DNA of 28,769 nucleotides, taken from the IMG/VR virus record IMGVR_UViG_2529292720_000011. One strand, written 5' to 3'. Within the stretch, counting starts at the first letter, position 1, and each line of letters starts with the position of its first letter. Under the pieces are notes generated by a model. That model was not told the origin of the DNA. It searched no databases and worked only from the letters and a program-made list of their open reading frames with translations. This document shows positions 21,497-28,769 of the stretch, piece after piece. Origin of the DNA: a virus. Its lineage: Duplodnaviria; Heunggongvirae; Uroviricota; Caudoviricetes. The position numbers and the translations under genes are program-made.

Positions 21497-22393
21497 ATGC
21501 CCGCCGTTGACCTTTCCCAGTTACCGGAACCCGCCATCATCGCGGAGCCTGACTTTGAAGCAATTCTGGCTGACACAAAAGCCATGATGATTGCGTCCTA
21601 TCCCGCCGAACAGCGTGAAGCCGTTTCCGCCGCACTGGAGCTGGAATCGGAACCCCTTAACGTTATCGCTCAAACCATGTCGTTTCGTGAAATGCTGTTA
21701 CGCCAGCGGGTCAATGAGGGTGCACGCGCCTGCATGTTAAGCCACAGCGCCGGGACAAACCTGGACAACCTCGCAGGCAATATGAACACAAAGCGCCTGG
21801 TTATCACTCCGGCAACGGATACCACCGACGCGGTGATGGAGAGCGACACCTCGCTGAGACTGCGGGCGCAACGGGCGTATGACGGCCTGAGCGTTGCTGG
21901 CCCGTCAGGCGCATACGAGTATTTTGCCCGCAGCGCCAGCGGTCTGGTGCGTGATGCGCGGGCTATCAGTCCGTCTCCGGCAAATGTGACGGTTTCCATC
22001 CTGTCCACTGAAGGCGACGGCACGGCAACGGAGGCGTTGCTTAATACCGTTCGCGCCGTTCTGAATGCAGAGGATACCCGCCCGGTGGCCGACCGCCTGA
22101 CCGTACAGAGCGCCAGAATCGTGACATGGCGGCTGAATGCAAAACTGTACTTTTACCCCGGCCCGGAATCCGAACCTATTCTGGCCGCGGCGGAATCGTC
22201 ATTCAGGAAGTGGCTGGCTGAACAGGGGCTTATCGGTCAGGACGTGGCGTTGTCAGCCATTGCTGCCGCACTGCATGTGCACGGTGTGCAACGCGTGGAG
22301 ATAATCGAACCCACACAAAATATGGCCATCAGCGACATACAGGCGGCGCGCTGTGAGTCATTCACCATCAGCGAAGGTGGGCGTAATGAGTAA
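21497..22393 (+). CDS. J: Baseplate protein (P2 gpJ)
   Basis: 298 aa, with position and size matching P2 J. Confidence 0.88.
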   Translation: MPAVDLSQLPEPAIIAEPDFEAILADTKAMMIASYPAEQREAVSAALELESEPLNVIAQTMSFREMLLRQRVNEGARACMLSHSAGTNLDNLAGNMNTKRLVITPATDTTDAVMESDTSLRLRAQRAYDGLSVAGPSGAYEYFARSASGLVRDARAISPSPANVTVSILSTEGDGTATEALLNTVRAVLNAEDTRPVADRLTVQSARIVTWRLNAKLYFYPGPESEPILAAAESSFRKWLAEQGLIGQDVALSAIAAALHVHGVQRVEIIEPTQNMAISDIQAARCESFTISEGGRNE

Positions 22394-22916
22394 TTCACTG
22401 TTACCGCCATCAGCCAGCAATTTCATGCGTTGTGCCGAAGCTGTCGGAACACGCATTACAGACATCCCGGTAGACCTCAACACGCTGTGGTCGCCGGACA
22501 CCTGCCCGGTGCATCTGCTGCCTTATCTCGCCTGGGCATTTTCCGTTGACCGCTGGGATCGCAACTGGCCGGAAGAGACAAAGCGACAGGTGATTCGTGA
22601 TGCATGGCTGATACACCGACACAAGGGAACCATCAGCGCACTGCGCCGGGCCATTGAGCCGCTGGGATATCTCATTCGTGTGTCTGAGTGGTGGGAGTTC
22701 GGCGGGGAACCGGGAACATTTACCGTTGAAGTCGGCACGCTGGACAGTGGCGTGACGGAGGAAATGTATCTGGAAATGGAGCGGTTGATTGCTGATGCCC
22801 GCCCGGTCAGCCGCCACATGACAGGGCTGAATATCATTCAGGAGATCCCGGGAGATATTTTCGCGGCGGCAGCAACTTACGACGGTGAAGTCATTACCAT
22901 TTATCCGGACGATTAA
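22386..22916 (+). CDS. I: Baseplate/tail protein (P2 gpI)
   Basis: The ATG at 22386 overlaps the J end. The product is 176 aa, the size I recall for P2 I, and contains LLPYLAWAFSVD. Confidence 0.88.
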   Translation: MSNSLLPPSASNFMRCAEAVGTRITDIPVDLNTLWSPDTCPVHLLPYLAWAFSVDRWDRNWPEETKRQVIRDAWLIHRHKGTISALRRAIEPLGYLIRVSEWWEFGGEPGTFTVEVGTLDSGVTEEMYLEMERLIADARPVSRHMTGLNIIQEIPGDIFAAAATYDGEVITIYPDD

Positions 22917-22918
22917 GC

Positions 22919-25201
22919 ATGAGTACCACAACACGTAAATTTAAAACCGTTATCACCAATACGGGTGCCAAAAAATTAGCTCAGGCAGCCGCGCCAGATG
23001 GTAAGCCTGTCCGCCTGACTCATATGGCCGTGGGTGACGGCGGCGGCACTTTACCCTCGCCAGACAGTAAGCAGACCCGTCTGGTGCATGAGGTGTGGCG
23101 ACACACTGTTAATCGCGTCTTCCTGGACGCAACACATCAGAACCGCATTATTGCGGAGCTGGTTGTTCCTCCAGAAACGGGCGGATTCTGGATCCGGGAA
23201 ATTGGTGTGTTTGATGAGCACGGCGATTTAATCGCAGTAGGCAATACTGCCGAAAGTTACAAGCCAACCGTTGCCGAAGGGTCAGGACGTGCACAAACAT
23301 TTCGCACCATTCTGACCGTATCCAGCACTGCCACTATGGCGCTTACCGTGGATAACACCATGGTAATGGCCACAGTGGATTACGTGGATGACAAACTGAA
23401 AGAGCATGAACAGTCACGACGTCACCCGGACGCCTCGCTGACCGCAAAAGGCTTTGTTCAACTTAGCAGCGCCACTAACAGCACATCTGAAACGCTGGCT
23501 GCGACACCTAAGGCTGTTAAGGCAGCATATGACCTGGCTAATGGCAAATACACCGCACAGGACGCAACCACTGCGCGGAAAGGGATAGTTCAGCTCAGTA
23601 GCGCCACCAACAGCACGTCTGAAACGCTTGCGGCAACGCCAAAGTCTGTTAAGGCGGCATATGACCTGGCTAATGGCAAATACACCGCACAGGACGCTAC
23701 CACTGCGCGAAAAGGGATAGTTCAGCTCAGTAGCGCCACTAACAGCACATCTGAAACGCTGGCTGCAACGCCGAAAGCAGTAAAGGCCGCATATGACCTT
23801 GCTAACGCAAAATATACCGCTCAGGACGCAACGACGGCACGAAAAGGGATAGTTCAGCTCAGTAGCGCCACTAACAGCACATCTGAAACGCTGGCTGCGA
23901 CGCCAAAAGCTGTTAAGGCGGTAATGGATGAAACGAACAAGAAAGCGCCCTTAAATAGTCCTGCACTGACCGGAACGCCAACAACGCCAACTGCGCCGAA
24001 AGGGACTAATAATACTCAGATCGCAAGCACGGCTTATGTGATGGCCGCGATTGCCGCACTTGTAGACTCGTCGCCTGACGCACTGAATACGTTGAACGAG
24101 TTAGCGGCGGCGCTGGGAAACGACCCGAATTTTGCGACCACCATGACTAAAGCGCTTGCGGGTAAGCAACCGAAAGATGCCACCCTGACGGCGCTGGCCG
24201 GGCTTGCTACTGCGGCAGACAAGTTTCCGTATTTTACGGGGAATGATGTCGCCAGCCTGGCAACCCTGACAAAAGTCGGGCGGGATATTCTTGCGAAATC
24301 GACCGTTGCCGCTGTTATCGAATACCTCGGTTTACAGGAAACGGTAAACAGGGCCAGGAACGCCGTGCAAAAGAATGGCGATACCTTGTCCGGTGGGCTT
24401 ACTTTTGAAAACGACTCAATCCTTGCCTGGATTCGAAATACTGACTGGGCGAAGATTGGATTTAAAAATGATGCCGACAGCGATACTGATTCATTCATGT
24501 GGTTTGAAACAGGCGACAACGGCAATGAATATTTCAAATGGAGAAGCAAACAAAGCACCACAACAAAAGACCTGATGACGCTGAAATGGGATGCACTAAA
24601 TATTCTTGTTAATGCCGTCATTAATGGCAGCCTTGGAGTTGGTACGACGAATGCGTTAGGTGGTAGCTCTATTGTTCTTGGTGATAATGATACCGGATTT
24701 AAACAGAATGGAGACGGTATTCTGGATGTTTACGCTAATAGTCAGCGAGTATTCCGCTTTCAGAATGGAGTGGCTATTGCTTTTAAAAACATTCAGGCAG
24801 GTGATAGTAAAAAATTCTCGCTATCCAGCTCCAACAACTCTACGAAGAACGTAAGGTTTAATTTATGGGGCACTTCATCAAGACCAACTGTTGCAGAGCT
24901 TGGTGATGATTCAGGCTGGCATTTCTATAGTCAGCGAAATACAGATAACTCGGTAATATTTTCTGTTAACGGTCAGATACAGCCCAGCAACTGGGGGAAT
25001 TTTGATTCACGCTATGTAAAAGATGTTCGCCTGGGTACGCGAGTTGTTCAATTGATGGCGCGTGGTGGTCGTTATGAAAAAGCAGGACACGCAATTACCG
25101 GATTAAGAATCATTGGTGAAGTAGATGGCGATGATGAAGCCATCTTCAGACCAATACAAAAATACATCAATGGCACATGGTATAACGTAGCACAGGTGTA
25201 A
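22919..25201 (+). CDS. H: Tail fibre protein (P2 gpH): constant N-terminal part fused to the currently expressed variable C-terminal cassette
   Basis: 760 aa, near-colinear with P2 H (from memory). The crossover site lies within codons ...VIEYLGLQETVN. The C-terminus is related to Mu S / P1 S. Confidence 0.95.
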   Translation: MSTTTRKFKTVITNTGAKKLAQAAAPDGKPVRLTHMAVGDGGGTLPSPDSKQTRLVHEVWRHTVNRVFLDATHQNRIIAELVVPPETGGFWIREIGVFDEHGDLIAVGNTAESYKPTVAEGSGRAQTFRTILTVSSTATMALTVDNTMVMATVDYVDDKLKEHEQSRRHPDASLTAKGFVQLSSATNSTSETLAATPKAVKAAYDLANGKYTAQDATTARKGIVQLSSATNSTSETLAATPKSVKAAYDLANGKYTAQDATTARKGIVQLSSATNSTSETLAATPKAVKAAYDLANAKYTAQDATTARKGIVQLSSATNSTSETLAATPKAVKAVMDETNKKAPLNSPALTGTPTTPTAPKGTNNTQIASTAYVMAAIAALVDSSPDALNTLNELAAALGNDPNFATTMTKALAGKQPKDATLTALAGLATAADKFPYFTGNDVASLATLTKVGRDILAKSTVAAVIEYLGLQETVNRARNAVQKNGDTLSGGLTFENDSILAWIRNTDWAKIGFKNDADSDTDSFMWFETGDNGNEYFKWRSKQSTTTKDLMTLKWDALNILVNAVINGSLGVGTTNALGGSSIVLGDNDTGFKQNGDGILDVYANSQRVFRFQNGVAIAFKNIQAGDSKKFSLSSSNNSTKNVRFNLWGTSSRPTVAELGDDSGWHFYSQRNTDNSVIFSVNGQIQPSNWGNFDSRYVKDVRLGTRVVQLMARGGRYEKAGHAITGLRIIGEVDGDDEAIFRPIQKYINGTWYNVAQV
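23447..23925 (+). repeat. Tandem 132-nt (44-aa) coding repeat, about 3.6 copies, inside H
   Basis: Copies start at 23447, 23579, 23711 and 23843. The unit is KG[FI]VQLSSATNSTSETLAATPK[AS]VKAAYDLANGKYTAQDATTAR. Confidence 0.9.
24315..24340. promoter_or_regulatory. Left recombination crossover site (gix/cix-like)
   Basis: TTATCGAATACCTCGGTTTACAGGAA matches the reverse complement of the right site at 24/26 positions. It also matches the Gin/Cin/Pin crossover consensus as I recall it. Confidence 0.85.
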
Positions 25202-25204
25202 ATT

Positions 25205-25732
25205 ATGCAGCATTTAAAAAATATTAAGTCAGGAAATCCAAAAACAAAAGAGCAATATCAGCTAACAAAGAATTTTGATGTTATCTGGTTATATACAGAA
25301 GACGGTAAAAACTGGTATGAGGAAGTAAATAGCTTTCAGGAAGACACCATAAAGATTGTTTACGACGAAAATAATATTATTGTTGCCATAACCAAAGATG
25401 CCTCAACGCTTAATCCCGAAGGCTTTAGTGTCGTTGAGATTCCAGATATAACAGTCAATCGTCGTGCCGATGATTCAGGGAAGTGGATGTTTAAGGACGG
25501 AACTGTGGTTAAGCGGATTTATACAGCAGACGAACAGCAACAACAGGCCGAATCACAAAAGGCCGCATTGCTTTCCGAAGCTGAATCAGTCATCCAGCCA
25601 CTGGAACGCGCTGCCAGGCTGAATATGGCAACAGACGAGGAGCGCACACGACTGGAGTCATGGGAACGCTACAGTGTTCTGGTCAGCCGTGTGGATACGG
25701 CAAATCCTGAATGGCCACAAAAGCCTGAATAA
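25205..25732 (+). CDS. G: Tail fibre assembly chaperone (P2 gpG / Mu U family), expressed orientation
   Basis: 175 aa. [29 protein letters not shown] is close to P2 G (from memory). Confidence 0.92.
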   Translation: MQHLKNIKSGNPKTKEQYQLTKNFDVIWLYTEDGKNWYEEVNSFQEDTIKIVYDENNIIVAITKDASTLNPEGFSVVEIPDITVNRRADDSGKWMFKDGTVVKRIYTADEQQQQAESQKAALLSEAESVIQPLERAARLNMATDEERTRLESWERYSVLVSRVDTANPEWPQKPE

Positions 25733-25760
25733 AAATTAAGGCCCGCTATCGGGCCTTGTC

Positions 25761-26294
25761 TCATTCAGGTTGTTCGGGAAACGTTACTGGCAGGCTGGAA
25801 GTGTCTGTAGATTCGACTTTCTGCGCAAAGAGTATCCACTCTGTTAATTTTTGTTTACTCTCGTCGGAAATGATGCCCAGCCGTAGCTGTGAGTCCCATA
25901 ACTGGGTTTTATCCCTGACAAGTTGCAACAGGCTTTGCTTTTCATTCTCTGCCTGCTGCCTCTGCTCTTCCCCGGTATAAGTTCGCTTTATCACTACGCC
26001 ATCTTTGAACATCCATTTACCCGAAATATCAGCCCGGCGATTTGCTGTAATATCAGGTAATTCAACGACGCTTGCGCCTTCTGGATTAATTACTGAAACA
26101 TCCTTTTCAATACAAATAATAACGCCGTTACGGTCATAGACCATTTTCAACGTATCAGGCTGAAAGTTCTTTTGTTCCTCATACCAGTTTTTTCCATCAT
26201 CTGAATAAAGCCATTTGATGTTAAATTGTTTCGTTAGCTGGTATTGCTCTTTTGTTTTAGGGTTGCCAGCAGTAATGTTTTTTAAGTGCATCAT
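25761..26294 (-). CDS. Alternative tail fibre assembly chaperone (U'-type), silent orientation
   Basis: 177 aa and paralogous to gpG ([30 protein letters not shown]). It is convergent with G. Confidence 0.9.
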   Translation of the reverse strand: MMHLKNITAGNPKTKEQYQLTKQFNIKWLYSDDGKNWYEEQKNFQPDTLKMVYDRNGVIICIEKDVSVINPEGASVVELPDITANRRADISGKWMFKDGVVIKRTYTGEEQRQQAENEKQSLLQLVRDKTQLWDSQLRLGIISDESKQKLTEWILFAQKVESTDTSSLPVTFPEQPE

Positions 26295-26296
26295 AA

Positions 26297-27256
26297 TTAA
26301 ATACTCCCCGCGTTATACCACCTTCCATTAATGCAATACTGAATTGGCCTTGCCTGAGTTGTATCAATTAATTCATCACGGTTTCCGTTAACTGAACCCG
26401 TAACGACATAACCTGACCTGTCAGACCAGCCGGGACCATTCCATGTCTGAACAGATGACAGACCGCCCAGGCGAATACCTGTAATAAACCTTGAGTTACA
26501 TTCTGCCTGCGTATATGCACCAACATCCCCCGCAGAGGGTTTGCGGGTTGTGGTGTAAAACTCTGACCAGTTAGCTTCAAAGCCATAACCATCACGCGCT
26601 GAACGATAAAAGATACCGCCGTTTTTATAATTCACGCGGAACTGTACAGCAGGGCAACTCCCCGCATTCATATTAAAGTGGAGGATTAATGTCGATGCGC
26701 CACTGATATCTGCATCATAAACGCCGCTATTCCAGTTCCAGCCAACAGCTTTATCATTTGCAACCCTGCTTCCTGTTTGCCCTAAAGCAAATGCAGGCTG
26801 CTGGTTTTTCGTGTTGTAGTCTCGTCGCCAGCCAGGAGCATAAGCATCACCATGATTAATATAGGTGAATTGAGCGTTAGTAATTCCGCCACCGCTGGAT
26901 GTACTCGGCGTAGTAACGCGTATGGTCATTGCGCCGCGAGTGCCAATAACTTCCACCACAGCACCTGCAAGACAAATATTTCCGCAACCTGTATCTGTAA
27001 TGACCTTATTGTTTGCATAAGCCCATGAGCCTTTGCACATCCAGTAAGGATGGTTAAATGCCCCCTGACTCTCCAGCCACGAAATGAATTGTGCGGTTGT
27101 CCAGGTCTGACTATCGCCACCAATATTCAGCCATGCGCTATATGCGCGGCAGGCACCAATATTTTTGGTGAAGGTATCTTTTCCTGGAATATCTGCGCCG
27201 TTCTGTTTTTTCTGTAATGCACCAGAAGCCTGATTTACCGTTTCCTGTAAACCGAG
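26297..27256 (-). CDS. Alternative tail-fibre C-terminal cassette (Sv'-type), promoterless and start-less until inversion
   Basis: The frame is open from the right crossover site (LGLQETVNQASGALQKKQNG...) through track ORF 26297..27040. Inversion would fuse it to the H constant region. Confidence 0.85.
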   Translation of the reverse strand, partial: LGLQETVNQASGALQKKQNGADIPGKDTFTKNIGACRAYSAWLNIGGDSQTWTTAQFISWLESQGAFNHPYWMCKGSWAYANNKVITDTGCGNICLAGAVVEVIGTRGAMTIRVTTPSTSSGGGITNAQFTYINHGDAYAPGWRRDYNTKNQQPAFALGQTGSRVANDKAVGWNWNSGVYDADISGASTLILHFNMNAGSCPAVQFRVNYKNGGIFYRSARDGYGFEANWSEFYTTTRKPSAGDVGAYTQAECNSRFITGIRLGGLSSVQTWNGPGWSDRSGYVVTGSVNGNRDELIDTTQARPIQYCINGRWYNAGSI

Positions 27257-27267
27257 GTTTTAGATAA
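27242..27267. promoter_or_regulatory. Right recombination crossover site (gix/cix-like)
   Basis: TTCCTGTAAACCGAGGTTTTAGATAA, the inverted partner of 24315-24340. Confidence 0.85.
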
Positions 27268-27321
27268 TGGCCGTTTCTGGCCTGCATGGCATGATTTGCG
27301 CTTTTGGACGGGAGATTCAGT

Positions 27322-27909
27322 GTGCTGATTGGCTATGTAAGGGTATCAACAAATGACCAGAATACAGACCTGCAACGAAACGCTCTTGTTTGTGCAGGAT
27401 GTGAACAGATATTTGAAGATAAATTAAGCGGGACAAAGACAGACCGACCGGGATTAAAACGCGCTTTAAAGCGCCTTCAAAAAGGTGACACGCTGGTTGT
27501 CTGGAAACTGGATCGCCTCGGGCGAAGCATGAAACATCTGATTTCTCTCGTCGGGGAACTACGGGAGCGAGGGATTAATTTTCGCAGTCTGACCGACAGC
27601 ATAGATACATCTTCTCCAATGGGGCGTTTTTTCTTCCACGTGATGGGGGCCCTGGCTGAAATGGAACGTGAATTAATTGTTGAACGTACACTGGCCGGAC
27701 TGGCGGCAGCGCGCGCACGGGGGCGCACAGGCGGACGTCGACCGAAGCTGACAAAAGAACAGCATGAGCAAATAGCAAGGCTGATTAAAAACGGTCACGA
27801 CAGAAAACAACTGGCAATAATTTACGGCATTGGTATATCGACGATTTATCGTTACCACCCCGCAGGAGAACCAAGCGGAACAATTGAGAAGAGTCAGGAA
27901 ACAAAATAA
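27322..27909 (+). CDS. gin: Serine DNA invertase (Gin/Cin/Pin/Hin family)
   Basis: The GTG at 27322 gives MLIGYVRVSTNDQNTDLQRNALVCAGCEQIFEDKLSGT..., almost identical over the catalytic domain to Mu Gin as I recall it. The track's TTG at 27304 adds 6 unlikely residues. Confidence 0.93.
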   Translation: MLIGYVRVSTNDQNTDLQRNALVCAGCEQIFEDKLSGTKTDRPGLKRALKRLQKGDTLVVWKLDRLGRSMKHLISLVGELRERGINFRSLTDSIDTSSPMGRFFFHVMGALAEMERELIVERTLAGLAAARARGRTGGRRPKLTKEQHEQIARLIKNGHDRKQLAIIYGIGISTIYRYHPAGEPSGTIEKSQETK

Positions 27910-27937
27910 CCGCTAATCTGACCATTAGCGGTTTTTG
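27909..27937. terminator. Bidirectional terminator between the invertase and the convergent gpU gene
   Basis: ACCGCTAAT-CTGACC-ATTAGCGGT followed by TTTT on the plus strand and by TATTTTGTTT on the minus strand. Confidence 0.75.
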
Positions 27938-27944
27938 TGTTAAA

Positions 27945-28439
27945 TCAGAACATCCCTTTAACTGAACTGGCCGCGCTGTTAAGAGATGATGTCACCTTAT
28001 CTTTGAAGCCGGACAGCATATCGCTGAATGATGAGGATTGCAGGCGCTCCCGCAAATCCTCATCACAGCGTTCAAGTGTCAGTGAAAATTCTATCTTTTT
28101 CGCCTTACCGTAGCGATCAAACTCGGAACGGGTCGTATTCGTTCCGGTCAGGACATACATGCCGTAAATCTGCCCGACACCATCAATCAGAGGCCAGGGG
28201 CGTCCTGTATATGCCTGCGTGGTCAGCAGCGAAAGCGACACTTCGCCACCTGTAATTTCAGGATAAAGCACGCCAGAAAGCACGATGCGATCATCACCTG
28301 CACCGATATACTGCCAGCTTGCTGAGCGGTTTACGCGCTCATTTTTCACATGCCGCCAGCTTTTGTTTTGCTGTAACTGCTGATGCGGCAATGTGCGCAG
28401 CTCAAAAACAAACATGCCGTAGATCATCATCATGGCCAT
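27945..28439 (-). CDS. U: Tail protein gpU family (P2 U-like)
   Basis: 164 aa. GMFVFELRTLPHQQLQQNKSWRH...GDDRIVLSGVLYPEITGG...WPLIDGVGQIYG resembles P2 gpU (from memory). SD GAGGAG is upstream. It is on the opposite strand to all other late tail genes. Confidence 0.8.
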   Translation of the reverse strand: MAMMMIYGMFVFELRTLPHQQLQQNKSWRHVKNERVNRSASWQYIGAGDDRIVLSGVLYPEITGGEVSLSLLTTQAYTGRPWPLIDGVGQIYGMYVLTGTNTTRSEFDRYGKAKKIEFSLTLERCDEDLRERLQSSSFSDMLSGFKDKVTSSLNSAASSVKGMF

Positions 28440-28482
28440 GACTCCTCAATCTTTATCGTAAAAACTGCCACGTCCGGCACGG
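28440..28482 (-). pseudogene. Possible 3' remnant of the upstream tail gene (tape measure T in P2 order) truncated by IS insertion
   Basis: 43 nt lie between the gpU start and the IS terminus. One frame reads ...RAGRGSFYDKD-stop, ending 6 nt before the gpU ATG. This is inference only. Confidence 0.25.

Positions 28483-28769
<287 letters not shown>

Larger units (their letters stand above)
24315..27267. other. Invertible tail-fibre segment (Mu G / P1 C-segment type), 2953 bp
   Basis: The segment is bounded by inverted 26-bp crossover sites. It contains two opposed sets of a fibre C-terminus plus a chaperone. The invertase gene lies immediately outside. Confidence 0.85.

Noticed and set aside
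23447-23925. CRISPR-like or non-coding tandem array
   Set aside because: The 132-nt period is a multiple of three inside the intact tail-fibre reading frame, and the copies have no unique spacers. It is a protein repeat.
24034-24621. 195-aa minus-strand ORF, and the similar ORFs 15535..16134, 8961..9479 and 22410..22934
   Set aside because: Each is antisense to a well-supported structural or ParM gene. They have no independent signals and are shadow ORFs.

Overview
The window is almost entirely one P2-family temperate myophage prophage from an enterobacterial host, read from its integrase end.

Layout:
- Minus-strand lysogeny operon: XRE repressor, then a 216-aa tail-anchored membrane protein, then a frameshifted DUF2511/YebY-like gene, then int.
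- Divergent early operon: an RHH protein, a Cox-like protein, about 9 small ORFs, a 320-bp structured non-coding gap, and a 935-aa gpA rolling-circle initiator.
- A roughly 3.1-kb accessory island at the position of the P2 tin/old hotspot (between A and cos/Q). It holds a ParM/ParR cassette, an 89-aa orphan gene with a convergent antisense promoter-terminator unit, a repeat-rich cos-like region and a 174-aa orphan.
- The canonical late genes: Q and P (minus strand), then O N M L X, holin, M15 endolysin, spanins, R S V W J I H G.
- The tail-fibre locus carries a complete Gin/Cin-type invertible segment. It has 26-bp crossover sites at 24315 and 27242, alternative Sv'/U' cassettes and an invertase.

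The prophage looks defective or rearranged:
- gpR has an in-frame TAA.
- The sheath/tube/tape-measure block is missing from its expected place.
- A gpU gene sits on the wrong strand.
- An IS100-like (IS21-family) element abuts that gpU gene and runs off the window end.

Candidates I rate highest for undescribed biology:
- the antisense-gated 89-aa gene in the hotspot;
- the repressor-linked membrane protein that shares an NNRxAGRD motif with the repressor;
- a 76-nt Y-shaped RNA inside the early operon;
- the actin-type partition cassette in an integrating phage.

All homology statements come from my memory of P2, Mu, R1 and IS100 sequences and from motifs. No database search or folding program was run. 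I found no rRNA, tRNA or CRISPR array.
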